A DNA stretch of 63,644 bases, filler included, from Folioceros fuciformis (taxonomy: Eukaryota): NCBI GenBank assembly GCA_049999805.1. It is 16 parts of 16 records of this genome, joined end to end, with 100 filler letters (N's around TTAATTAATTAA, not from the genome) between each part and the next. Parts side by side here need not be neighbours in the genome. Positions count along the whole stretch, not along the records: positions 6,753 to 15,510 come from JBNGIO010002962.1; positions 15,611 to 17,638 come from JBNGIO010002964.1; positions 17,739 to 20,783 come from JBNGIO010002965.1; positions 20,884 to 21,957 come from JBNGIO010002967.1; 12 more parts are not named here. One strand, given 5' to 3'. Below are positions 10,999 to 22,057 of this stretch, one piece after another. A program made the position numbers and the translations under genes. Position 1 is the stretch's first letter. Every line of letters begins with the position of its first letter. The notes under the pieces are model-generated. The model searched no databases. It saw nothing but the letters and a program-made list of their open reading frames with translations, and was not told where the DNA came from.

Positions 10999-11610
10999 AT
11001 GTCGTCTTCAGCTACTGACTCCCCTCCTGCAAAGCGCCGTGTCTGCCATCGTGACAAGCTAGGGCGGTTTGTGAGCAAGCCGACTAGAACAGCCGCCTCC
11101 TCTCAGCAGCAAGGATCGGCAAAGATGCCTGCTCCTGCTGCTCAAGGTGGCAGCGGCGGAAGGCGTTCGCGAGGGAGGCCGCGCGGCACCACCAAAGCTT
11201 TTCTTGATCAGCGGCGCTCGTCAGAGACTACAGCCTATAAGACAAAGGCTGCTGTTGCGTGTAAGGCAGCTCCCCGCAAGACGGCTACCCCTAAAGAGAA
11301 GTCTCTTTCAAGGGATCAAAGTGCCAAGTTCCGCTTCAAAGCTGGTGAGTTCGCGTATGCTGATTCTGACTATAGGCCTACTGTGCCGATAAGATTTCCA
11401 GTTCCTACACACTCTGATGAGGAAACCAAGATTGTGAGCCTTGGTTCTTTTGCTATTCCTTGTACCCCTCTGTGGTATAAGTGCCCTTACACCCATCTGA
11501 AGATGATACGAGTGAGGATAGAGCACTGCCGCGAGTATCAGCGCCATGTGGTCAGCTTTTACAGTAAGTGTTCCGTGAGTGATGCACAGGGTTTTGTGCA
11601 AGGTTTATAG
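10999..11610 (+). CDS. Antisense accessory ORF of Copia-B: basic protein with an NLS-like motif and an AT-hook; C-terminus truncated by a deletion
   Basis: Open frame from 10915, first ATG at 10999; PAKRR, RDKLGRF and RSRGRPRG motifs; lies between pol and the 3' LTR on the opposite strand. Confidence 0.6.
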   Translation: MSSSATDSPPAKRRVCHRDKLGRFVSKPTRTAASSQQQGSAKMPAPAAQGGSGGRRSRGRPRGTTKAFLDQRRSSETTAYKTKAAVACKAAPRKTATPKEKSLSRDQSAKFRFKAGEFAYADSDYRPTVPIRFPVPTHSDEETKIVSLGSFAIPCTPLWYKCPYTHLKMIRVRIEHCREYQRHVVSFYSKCSVSDAQGFVQGL

Positions 11611-14600
11611 AACCCTGACTGTCTGTTTTGATCACTGTGCAGGTGGGGAGAGGTAGTCTGAGTTCATTGAAAAGCAGCTTGCACCAAGCAATTTCTTTAG
11701 AAGCGGCTGTGAGGACACGGTACTTGGCTTCTGTGCTTGAAAGAGCAACCGTTGGTTGCTTCTTGCTGGACCAACAGATTGGTCCCCCAGCAAACATGAC
11801 GATATATCCAGAGACAGATCTTCTACTGTCTATGTCACCAGCGTAGTCTGAATCGGTATATACATCCAGTTCAAGGGAGGCATCAGGTTTGTATTTGTAA
11901 ACGATTCCATACTGTGCTGTCCCCTTTAAGTATCGAAATACCCTCTTAACACAAGTCCAGTGCTCCTGTGCAGGGTTTTCCAAGTATTGTGAGAGCACAC
12001 TTGTGGAATATGCCACTTCAGGACGAGTAGTGTTTGCTGCATATATGAGCTTTCCTACTGCCTTGCGGTAAGGGATAGGAAGCATTTTGTCCTTTTCAGC
12101 TTGCGTTTGTGGGCTCATGGATTTGCTGAGCTTAAGTCCACTTGGTAGAGGTGTGACTGCAGGCTTTGCATCCTTGAGTCCAAGCTGGTCTACGCTATCA
12201 AGAAGGTATCTTGGTTGAGTGAGAGTTAAAACTCTTTTCTTTCGATCTCTCTGAATATGAATGCCAAGGCAGCTTTGTAAAGCTCCTAAGTTTGACATAT
12301 CGAACTTCTTGGATAGGAGGCCATTAATTTTTGTGATAAAGGAGGGACTGTTACATGCGAGTATCAAGTCGTCCACATACACAGCAAGGTAACATACAGT
12401 GTCTCCAGCCCTATAGACATACAGGCTACTGTCTGAAACACATTTGATGAAGCCTAAAGCTCGCAGTTCCTCATCTAAGACTGCATTCCATTCAAGAGCT
12501 GACTGTTTTAAACCATACAGGGTCTTGATTAGGCGAAGAACATGGTCCTCTTTTCCCTTTACTACGTAGCCCATTGGTTGCTGCATATAGATTTCAGTAT
12601 CCAGCTTGCCATGTAGGAAGGCTGTTTTGACGTCAAACATTTCCAACTCATAGTCATGGTGTGCTGCTACTGCGCAGAGAACACGAAACGTGGCTAGCTT
12701 CACCACAGGAGCATAAGTTTCCAGATAATCCAGACCTGGTACTTGGGAGAAGCCACGAGCAACGAGTCTGGCTTTGTACCTGTCAAAGGTACCATCTGCT
12801 TTAACCTTGAGTTTAAATACCCATTTACAGGACACCATTTTGCGTCCAGGAGGTAATTTTGCGAGTTCCCAAGTGCCATTCTTGATGAGGCTGTCATACT
12901 CAGACTGAACGGCCTTTTTCCACTCTGCAGCATCTGGCCTACTCATAGCTTCTTCATAGGTGCGAGGCTCTGTAGGGTCCAGACTCATAGCATTAGCACG
13001 TGCTGAACTTGACCTGAAATCATGTGATTGATAGTAATCAGGTGCACGTCTTTCTCTTGCAGGGTATCGACGTTCAGGTGGGGGTTCAGGATGTGGTAGC
13101 TGTTCAACTGCATCAGCATCATCATCACTGTCCAGAACAACGGCTGCATCGTCTGCAACGTCATCATAATCTGGATCTAGTATGTCCGGTTCTGGTTGTA
13201 GCTCAACAGCAATGGGAGGTTGCTGCTGCTGCTCATCAAGGTCAGCAAAAGCATCGTCCTCTGCTGGGTCAACTTGATTAACTTGATTATCTTGATTATC
13301 ATGCTCATCCCCCCCTGCAGGAGCAATCTCCTCAGGTGTTGAGTCATCAAAGAAAGTGATATTGGGGAGAACAGACAGATCATCACTATCATCTGGAGTG
13401 GGAGGTGTTCCCACTGGCGTCCAAACACGTCCTTCGTCAAAGGTAACGCTTCGTGCATATACCACCTTGTTCTGAGGGACATCATACAGTTTATAAGCTT
13501 TTATGCCCTCAGTGTAGCCTATCATAAGGAGTTTTCTGGCTTTTGCAGATAGCTTCTTACGCTTCTCCTTCGGGATGAAAGCATAAGCGATACAACCAAA
13601 GGTTCGAAGATGAAGGATAGACGGTTTCCTGCCAAAGAAAGCCTCATATGGCGTCTGACCTACAACTGCAGTGGTAGGTAATCTATTTCGTAAATACACA
13701 GCTGTCATTAGGGCCTCAGCCCAATAGGGCAATGGTAAGGTAGCCTGATGCAGCAAGGAGGAAACCATCTCCTGCAAAGTCAAATTCAGGCGCTCTGCAA
13801 CGCCATTTTGCTGTGGTGTATACACGACGGTGAGTTGGCGCCCAATACCCTCCTCTGCACAATATGTTTGAAATTCGTTAGATGTGAATTCTCCTCCGTT
13901 ATCGGAGCGGAGGGTCTTGAGCTGTTGTCCTGTCCATCTCTCAACAAATTTTAAATAAGTTTTGAATTGAGAGAAGGCTTCACTTTTGGCCTTCAAGATA
14001 TAAGCCATGACAAACCTTGTCTTGTCATCAGTGAAGGTTAAGAAATACTTGCCACCACCTATGGAAGGCTGTGACAGTGGCCCACAAATATCAGTGTGGA
14101 CTAGCTCGAGGACATCAAAGGCTCTGTGTGGGGTCCTGTTTTTGAAGGCTGCTTGGTGACGCTTAGATAACACACAAGCTTCACACAGGGGTAAGGTAGG
14201 AAGAGTGCCAATCTTTCCATCATAGTATAGGTCACTGGTAGCCAGTTTTTGCAGCTTAGCACCATGTGGATGACCTAACCTATTGTGCCATAATATGGCT
14301 TTGTCTGTTTGATGTGAAGGTGAGAGGTCACCTTGTGACGTCAAGTGGGACTGCACAGGGATACTGTGCAAGTGAAGTCGGAATAGATCATGGTCAGAAG
14401 ATCCATAAGCTAAAACCTTGCGATGATCAAATGCATCAAGGATCTGGCACTCTGTGGGGGTAAACAGAATGTGACTGTTGTTGTCTATGTTCAGTTGCCT
14501 GACAGAAATGAGGTTCCTAGTCATTCCAGGCACATAGTAAACATTGGTAAGGGACAGTTTTAGCCCTGAAGGGACAGGAAGGAACACTGTGCCCTTTCCT

Positions 14601-15508
14601 GGAGATACCAATGCCCTGTCATCACCTAAATAGACAAACTGATCCTTTACTTGTCTGTAGGTGGAGAAGGCACTTCTATCAAAGCAAATGTGCGCTGTTG
14701 CACCTGTGTCTAAGTACCACTCTTGAAATGGTCTAGACTCTGCTATGGCAGATAAGCATGTGGGAAAGACTAGAGGTTGAGCAAACTCCCTTACCCCTAC
14801 TGTCAGGGCGGAAGGAGAGGATTGCTTCTTTACTACAACGTGTGTTTCAGCATTCGCATTGCCCTCCTTGCGAGGTATGCCAGCCTGCTTCTTACGACAC
14901 TCGTTTTCCCAATGGCCGGGAATTTTGCACCAGTTGCATTTCCCGGTCTTCTTGGGTTTCTTCTGTGAGGAAGCTCCCTGTGAGCTCCCTGCAATAGCTG
15001 TAGTATTTTTGCCTCTAGGGTATGGTTTGTTTCCTCTGCCCTTGTTTGAGGTGTAGAGTGCTTGCTGTTTCCCATGCTTAGGTCCACCTCTCGTGGCTTC
15101 TTCTTGAAGAAGTGCTCCCACTAACTCAGAAAAGGTCATGGGAGGTAGCTTGATCCTGGCTGCAGATGCCAGTTTCTGAGCTTGTGCCTGTGAGGTGTTA
15201 TAAGAAGTCACAAAATTCGACCAGGAGGCAGGTAAAGAAAGCATTAAATAAAGTGCTAACATATCTTCCTTGATGGCTTCCTGTGTTGTTCCTTCCAACT
15301 TAGAAACAAGATGTCTGAAAGTAGCAATGTGCTTTTCTACTGAGTCACCATCTCGCATCTTGCAGAGTTGAAGGTTTTTGAGGGCTGCCATCTGACTGGT
15401 TGAATTTCCACCAGAGTAAAGCTCACGAAGTCTAGACCAGATATCTGATGCAGATACTGCTCCTGAAGTGTGCCTCAACATTTCAGAGGTTAGGCCACAC
15501 CGTATCAT
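11552..15508 (-). CDS. gag-pol: Copia-B Gag-Pol (5'-partial; RNase H C-terminus deleted)
   Basis: CNWCKIPGHWENEC knuckle, WYLDTGATAH, WHNRLGH, RSDNGGEF, AVYVDD, TDSDYAG. Ends NPVHHSR-NTYCKS* instead of the expected ...RTKHI...ADxLTK. Confidence 0.93.
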   Translation of the reverse strand: MIRCGLTSEMLRHTSGAVSASDIWSRLRELYSGGNSTSQMAALKNLQLCKMRDGDSVEKHIATFRHLVSKLEGTTQEAIKEDMLALYLMLSLPASWSNFVTSYNTSQAQAQKLASAARIKLPPMTFSELVGALLQEEATRGGPKHGKQQALYTSNKGRGNKPYPRGKNTTAIAGSSQGASSQKKPKKTGKCNWCKIPGHWENECRKKQAGIPRKEGNANAETHVVVKKQSSPSALTVGVREFAQPLVFPTCLSAIAESRPFQEWYLDTGATAHICFDRSAFSTYRQVKDQFVYLGDDRALVSPGKGTVFLPVPSGLKLSLTNVYYVPGMTRNLISVRQLNIDNNSHILFTPTECQILDAFDHRKVLAYGSSDHDLFRLHLHSIPVQSHLTSQGDLSPSHQTDKAILWHNRLGHPHGAKLQKLATSDLYYDGKIGTLPTLPLCEACVLSKRHQAAFKNRTPHRAFDVLELVHTDICGPLSQPSIGGGKYFLTFTDDKTRFVMAYILKAKSEAFSQFKTYLKFVERWTGQQLKTLRSDNGGEFTSNEFQTYCAEEGIGRQLTVVYTPQQNGVAERLNLTLQEMVSSLLHQATLPLPYWAEALMTAVYLRNRLPTTAVVGQTPYEAFFGRKPSILHLRTFGCIAYAFIPKEKRKKLSAKARKLLMIGYTEGIKAYKLYDVPQNKVVYARSVTFDEGRVWTPVGTPPTPDDSDDLSVLPNITFFDDSTPEEIAPAGGDEHDNQDNQVNQVDPAEDDAFADLDEQQQQPPIAVELQPEPDILDPDYDDVADDAAVVLDSDDDADAVEQLPHPEPPPERRYPARERRAPDYYQSHDFRSSSARANAMSLDPTEPRTYEEAMSRPDAAEWKKAVQSEYDSLIKNGTWELAKLPPGRKMVSCKWVFKLKVKADGTFDRYKARLVARGFSQVPGLDYLETYAPVVKLATFRVLCAVAAHHDYELEMFDVKTAFLHGKLDTEIYMQQPMGYVVKGKEDHVLRLIKTLYGLKQSALEWNAVLDEELRALGFIKCVSDSSLYVYRAGDTVCYLAVYVDDLILACNSPSFITKINGLLSKKFDMSNLGALQSCLGIHIQRDRKKRVLTLTQPRYLLDSVDQLGLKDAKPAVTPLPSGLKLSKSMSPQTQAEKDKMLPIPYRKAVGKLIYAANTTRPEVAYSTSVLSQYLENPAQEHWTCVKRVFRYLKGTAQYGIVYKYKPDASLELDVYTDSDYAGDIDSRRSVSGYIVMFAGGPICWSSKKQPTVALSSTEAKYRVLTAASKEIAWCKLLFNELRLPLPTCTVIKTDSQGSINLAQNPVHHSRNTYCKS

Positions 15509-15837
15509 GTNNNNNNNNNNNNNNNNNNNNNNNNNNNNNNNNNNNNNNNNNNNNTTAATTAATTAANNNNNNNNNNNNNNNNNNNNNNNNNNNNNNNNNN
15601 NNNNNNNNNNCCACTCCTTCCCACCTCTTCTCTATCTTTCCCATTGCTCATGCTCCTCCCCTAGAGGCTGGCTCAGCCACCAAGGGTAAACAATTGCAGG
15701 GGAAGACTTAGCGGGCGACCATCCAGCAACGAAGAGACGGCGTCCGCAGATCTTTCAAGATCAGACATCCTCTGAAGTCTCAGGATAGTCTAAGAGGTGG
15801 TAGATCCTTGTGGTGGTAGGGCCAGGAGCTCATCCTT

Positions 15838-17375
15838 CGATTCTGCACAACAGCAGTGGAGAGTCACTTATTCTCTAATTGAATAATTGACTGTGGAGCA
15901 TCTTTCCATGTTACTCCGCATAGGGAGTGATTTAGCACTTATGATGATGCTACTAGGAAAGGGTGTGTTTGGCTTAGAAATAACTACGCATGCGAGATTG
16001 CAAGTGTTGGTGATGTGCAGCTGAAGTTTGACAACGGATCTTCATTCATACTGAAGGATGTTAGGCATGTTCCGAAGTTGACAAAAAGCATGATTAGCGT
16101 AGGGCAGTTGGATGACGCTGGCTACCACTATTGGTTTGGAGATCATTCTTGGAAGATCTCCAAAGGTTCTCTTGTGTTAGCTCGTGGATCGAAGTGTGGC
16201 ACTTTGTACTCACTTCAGATAACCACTGTCAAGGATCATGTTATTTGTGTAACGGAACAGCCAAGTGTTTCTTTGTGGCATTGTTTGTTAGGACATAAAT
16301 CTCAAAAAGGAATGAAGATCCTATCTCGTTTTGGTTACGTCCCTGCATTGTTTGTATGGGAAATAGACGAAGTCACCACATGGAGCAAGAGGTAAACACA
16401 AAAGTAAACCTCTTGAATTGGTTCACAGTGACGTCTATGGACCTACGTTGTGTTGTGTAGGAACAAGTTCCTCCACTTGTAGAAGAGGACAGAGTGCAAC
16501 CAGCTCTTGTTGAGGCACCTGTGCTTCATGGGTCAAGAAGGATTTCACGTCCTCTTGACAGGTATGTTGCATCTCTTGATTATGTTATGTTGACAGATTG
16601 TGGGGAGCCCTCTTCTTATCAAGAGGCCATGTTAGTGACTGACAAGGACAAGTGGGAGAAGACAATGTTATCGCAGATAGATTCGCTCCATAAGAACCAA
16701 ACTTGGGAGTTGGTTTGGTTGCTTAGGGGCAAGAAGGCGTTGCCATGCAAATGGGTGTATAAGATGAAGGACATACCCCATTATGGCAAACCCAAGTACA
16801 AGGCACGATTGGTTACTAAGGGTTTTAAGCAATAGTAAGGTATTGACTTTGATGAAATTTTCTCACCAGTTGTCAAAATGACTACTTTGCGATGTGTTCT
16901 TGCTCTAGTTGCAAGGAACGACATGGAACTTGTCCAAATGGATATGAAGTCGGCATTTCTGCATGGTTATCTCCAGGAAGAGGTATACATGCAGCAACCA
17001 AAGGGTTTCATTGAGAAAGGCAAAGAGAATCTGGTGTGCAGGTTAAAGAAGAGCCTTTATGGTTTGAAGCAGGCACCTAGGGAGTGGTATTACAAGTTCC
17101 ACTCATTTATGCTTTCTCAAGGCTACAAGCGTAGCAATGAGGGTCATTGCCTCTATACACAGCAAGCTAAGGATGGAAGCTTGCTCATTTTGGTCCTCTA
17201 CGTGGATGATATGCTAATTGCTGGGACTAACAGTGATGAAATTTCAGCGTTGAAGTCAAAGTTGAATGCTCGCTTTAACATGATAGACTTGGGAGAGGCA
17301 AGCCATATTCTTGGCATGCGTATTTGTCGAGACAGACATAAGCATTTGCTTTACTTGTCTCAGACTGGATACATT
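15838..17375 (+). pseudogene. Degenerate, internally deleted copy of Copia family H (Tnt1/Tork-like)
   Basis: Collinear with ~41284-43595, with stops and loss of the integrase core near 16445. Confidence 0.9.
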
Positions 17376-17489
17376 AACTTTTTGATTAAATGAAGATGCA
17401 GATTAAATCAACATGTTGATCAATTACATCTGAAATGTATATTAAAGAACATTAATTAATAATTTCTAAAAGTGAGTTTTTTAGTAGTG
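17376..17489. mobile_element. Possible CACTA transposon terminus
   Basis: AT-rich insert ending ...TTTTTTAGTAGTG (reverse complement CACTACTAAAAAA); no partner end is visible. Confidence 0.35.
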
Positions 17490-18349
17490 CCAAGTGATGT
17501 TGCTGCTAAGCGCCGAGTCACCCTTTTATAGCTTGGAAGATCAAAAGGACACAGGCTGTGATCGCAATCAACGCCACGGCACAAGAGGATATCGTGACAA
17601 CTAATGGCGGCAACTGAAGTGCCTCCACGAGGAAACGCNNNNNNNNNNNNNNNNNNNNNNNNNNNNNNNNNNNNNNNNNNNNTTAATTAATTAANNNNNN
17701 NNNNNNNNNNNNNNNNNNNNNNNNNNNNNNNNNNNNNNGTGTAACGAGACGTGGTGTGTATGAGTGACTAGCCGCGATGAGACTGTGAGGAAGTTGATTT
17801 GAGACTGCAGAGGGTGTACCTAGAGTGTGAAATCACATGGGTGGAAGGCGACCGGCAGATTGTTGTTGTTCATATGTGTGTGCGTTTGATCCTGAGGGTG
17901 AGAGGCGATTTTGTGGAGAACCAAGGAAGGAAAGCGCAAAAGGGAAAGCGCGAGAAAACAGTCGGGTAGGGACGACTCGGAGAGAGAGAAAATCCTAGAG
18001 AGTGAAAGAGAGAGAGAGTGGGGCCCACGAGTGGTAGCCCAAAAGACGACGGTAGTAGTCCATTGGGGAACGGAGGGTAGTCCGGTGGCCCACCAAGAGT
18101 AGTCCAGGGGGAGGTAGTCCCTGGTGCGACTAGGTGGTAGGAGAGTCGTCTGGTGGGAGAAGTAAGGGGGCTGGGTAAGGACCGAGCACTGGACGTGTGT
18201 GCGTGGGTCAGTCGAGTTTAGGTGCTAATTGACTTTAGAAGCTAACCTGTGTAGTTTAACAAGAATCATTCCCTTGGGATCGAATCCCAGAGCTACAACG
18301 ACATAGAGGGCTTGTGTGGACCTCGCGGTACCCCCGGGTACCATATTTT

Positions 18350-18490
18350 AACCCCACATGTTGATAAAAAACCATCACAGTGAACAAGTGGTACAAATAC
18401 TTGTCCATACCAAATGTGGTATCCATGGCTAACACAATGTCCATCCCATGCTTAACCAACATTTCACTACTATAGCCCAACACTCCATAT
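18350..18490 (-). mobile_element. Mutator/MULE transposase fragment
   Basis: MLVKHGMDIVLAMDTTFGMDKYLYHLFTVMVF resembles the MULE first catalytic Asp motif (D-x-T-F/Y...K-Y...L). Confidence 0.65.
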
Positions 18491-20514
18491 TATGGTGCAA
18501 TATTACAAAAAAGGGACACGTTATAACGTTTGAAGCCCATGTTGTTACGGTGTCCTGAACCAACAGAATTGTAACTCTATCGTAACACAAAACTTGTAAC
18601 AATTTGTGGTGTTACGATATTGCGGGTTGGGAAGAGGTCGGGGCTCAACTTAGGTGCCTTTCATAAAGAGCATTTATCGCTGCCTCCTTTACAATGGCAT
18701 TCATTTAAATTGGATGCTTGACCTCAATTGACACAACAATGTAGCACTATTTGCTATAAATGTGACGGGATTGGTGGAATGGTTTTGTATAAGGTGATAA
18801 TACATTTGGTTGCATGTGAAAGCATGGTGAAGTGCGCCAAGGGTTGACATGGTGTCTCCGTATATGGAGTTCCATTTCCTTTTGCTATAAGCCCAACGTC
18901 GATGTACTGCCATGGTGTACGTGCTTACATCACTAAGTCATATAGGAGGAACATGCTAATTGATTATGGAATCATATTCTCACATTGCATACAAGATGGC
19001 CTTATCACTCATGACACTCCGGCAGCCTTTCGGTCGTTTCGTTCATGATGTCATGTGCTTTGGTGCTCTCCTTTTGCTGGGCGGTGCAGCTGGTGGAGGC
19101 GACGTTAGTGGCATTCCATTGCCTATGTGTTCCGCTCCCTGTGCCTGCGAAAACGCAAAGCATGCTAGTTCTAAATCTTAAAACCCGAAATAGAGGCAAC
19201 GGAACAAGAGATTATACCAACTTTGAGTTCATCTTCGATTTCAATGCATCCTCGTGTTGAATGGCTCTTTGGACCTGCTGCAAATTGCCTCACAGCGGTT
19301 GCTCTCGCCCTTGTCAACCGGGCCTCCACTTGTACCACATCCCTTTCATTTGACATGCAAGGCTGCCTTCCTCTAGGCACCTTCGGCACTGGACAAACCA
19401 CTTGCATGTCTTCTGTCGTGATGGCCTCCATGTGATTACCTTGTGTTGGATTAGCGTGTTGCCCAGCCGCCGATACTCTACCATTAATGGCATTATCTTT
19501 TTCTATCTCCACTCAAAACTCCTCCTTGAGCCACACAAACTCCTCGTTGAGCCGCACAGACTCCTCCTTGAGCTTAAACACAACCTAGTTAGATAGCAGA
19601 GTGAGGAAGGGAAAAATCACAGCCGAACGGCTCACAAGAGTTTCGCAAGACTTGCGCTCCCTCTCGGCTTTCCAGGGGTTTCCCGAAACTCGCGTTCCCA
19701 CCCTGACCTTCTACTAAAATTTCTCCTCCTCACAGGTGCAAAACACCCCTTTCACTAGCCACACCAGCCATGGAGCTGGACACACAGCTTTCGACCACCC
19801 CAAGGATCTTCCTGGTCCTCTTGTGATGAGGGGATAGCATGCCAAATCAAGCCTCCATCGATCGGATGTCTTCAATCCACAATGCACAAGTTCAACACAC
19901 GGAAGTTCACTTTTGGAATTGTCTGCAGAGAGGAACGTAGACCTACCCCCTTATACATTTGGCCTCGGAGCACCATTACTGCCGCAGCCTTTCGAAGTCT
20001 TAAAAATAATTAAAGGTTCTTGGCATGCTTCTACAGTCAACACTACTTGGTTCAGAATTTATGAGTTAATTATCCTATGATAAAATTCTGACCTACTGTT
20101 TCCTAGACTTTCATTACCGTCTTTGTTGTGGCCATCTTGGCCTTCGTGCTCTTGGAATTCCCTTGGCCCTTCTGCCTCGTCGCTGATCCAAGAGATCTTT
20201 CCATAATACTTCCACTTCACTTGCACTGTCCACCGTTCTCTCTTCTCTTAAGGGTCTTCCCCTTGGTTCTTCATCATTGGACAACCACATTGTGTGGTCT
20301 TCCACCCAAGTCCACACCTCCCCTTCTATCATCTCCCACAGTCTCACTTGTGAAGAGTACACTGTGGGAACAGCCCATGGCTGTTAAAATGTGCAACTAG
20401 TAGTTCTTGCCCGCTCTTGTTCCAACCACCACATACACATTTAGAGTGAGCACCTGCTCACAATGCAATTAGAAGCCAGGGACATGGGTACCTTCATCCA
20501 TTCAGTGAACAGGC

Positions 20515-20734
20515 TGTGAACGTAGGAAGTTCAATAGAGATGAAAACAAAGATGAATTAAGAAAGGATCCCGTGGTGAGAACTAGGGGCACGATGCCCGT
20601 CCAAACCGTTGTGACTTGAACAGGCATTTCCTAAAGACGTGACCAGTGAGATATTATCTAGAGTGTGAAACGAAAAAACCCTAACTAAATAACTTGGATA
20701 AGGGTGCTCAAGACCTAATCTAACACTCCCACTC
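20515..20734 (-). repeat. Probable Copia 3' LTR with PPT (distal end uncertain)
   Basis: Minus strand GAGTGGGAG directly followed by TGTTAG at 20725, the same PPT style as Copia-B and Copia-E. Confidence 0.4.
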
Positions 20735-22057
20735 AGCCGATCCTAGTTTCGGTTGTCTTCGAAAATTCAACCGTCGATGGATCNNNNNNNNNNNNNNNNN
20801 NNNNNNNNNNNNNNNNNNNNNNNNNNNTTAATTAATTAANNNNNNNNNNNNNNNNNNNNNNNNNNNNNNNNNNNNNNNNNNNNCCGGTTGGGCTACTGTC
20901 GGTTTCCCTTCCACGACGGTCGTCCAACCGGCTACCGTCTCCCAATCATCACACTCCGGTTTTTCGCCTAAGTCCACAACTACCTAAGCCCTTACCCATT
21001 TCATGTTTCTTATTTTCCAGGGGGGGGGTACATATGTAGACACCTAAGTGCCCCCGCACTACCAAGGGCCAAGGACACCCTCGTCCACACTTCTCCTTGG
21101 TCCTATCACTCAATCCTATCAAATCACCAAGGGCCAAGGAGCCTTTTGGGTATAAATAACCAAATATTATTTTCATACTAAGCCGCTTCACTCGCATCTT
21201 CACAAAAAAAAACACTACCTGTTCATTCTGTTCTTCAAAATGGGAGTCCCGAAAGTTTTTTTCCTCTACACCAGGCATTCCAGGAGGGCGACTTGCACCA
21301 GGCGGACTGAGCTGGGGGATGCAACAGCAGTTGGAGGGATGGAGGACTCTCAGGGACCCCAGGAGAGCAGAGGACAGGCAGCCCGAGGTAGCCCAAGGGA
21401 GGAAGGGGTAAGCACCTCCTTTATGACAGAGGGTGAGGTTATTCTATAGTATGAGGAGGAGGCCTCTTATTAGCCAGGCCTCTATGCGGAAGGAGCCCAA
21501 GTTCTGAAGCTGTTTTTGTATGTATGTATGGGCATAGGAAGGACGCGAGGCTATGGCCTACAATTGAAGACCCCAGGGGCATCTACTACTACCGCTAACG
21601 GGTAGGGGGGCTGCCTCATTGCTATTCTGAGGCAGTCCTGGAGGAACTAATGGAAGAGGAGGCATAGCAATGGGTTGAATGGAAGCCTATCCTCATCCTC
21701 AGTAATCGGCGACAGAGGGAGGAGAGGGATTTCCTGTAACGGGACCCACCTGCGCTGCCTCCAGCGAGGGCCAGCAGTAGCAGCAGTGGGGTGGAGGTCA
21801 TGTAGGAGGACCTACCTGACCAGCGGTGGGGCAGGAGGGCCAGAGGCGGACCAGTAAGGGGAGGAGTGCGACGGCCAGGAGGAAGGCGCCAGCGGCAAAG
21901 AGGGAGGGGATAGTAATTACAGTCTAGACTAGCTTTTTTTAGATTGTTTTTGCTTGGNNNNNNNNNNNNNNNNNNNNNNNNNNNNNNNNNNNNNNNNNNN
22001 NTTAATTAATTAANNNNNNNNNNNNNNNNNNNNNNNNNNNNNNNNNNNNNNNNNNNN

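Larger units (their letters stand above)
10505..15510 (-). mobile_element. Ty1/Copia family B nested in Copia-A1
   Basis: Copia-A sequence stops at 10504 just after the zinc knuckle, followed by an LTR, a PPT, an extra region and a 1318-codon gag-pol. Confidence 0.92.

Noticed and set aside
20884-21957. Possible Gypsy LTR/gag start
   Set aside because: Purine-rich and stop-ridden, with no PBS or gag motif I can confirm; left unannotated.
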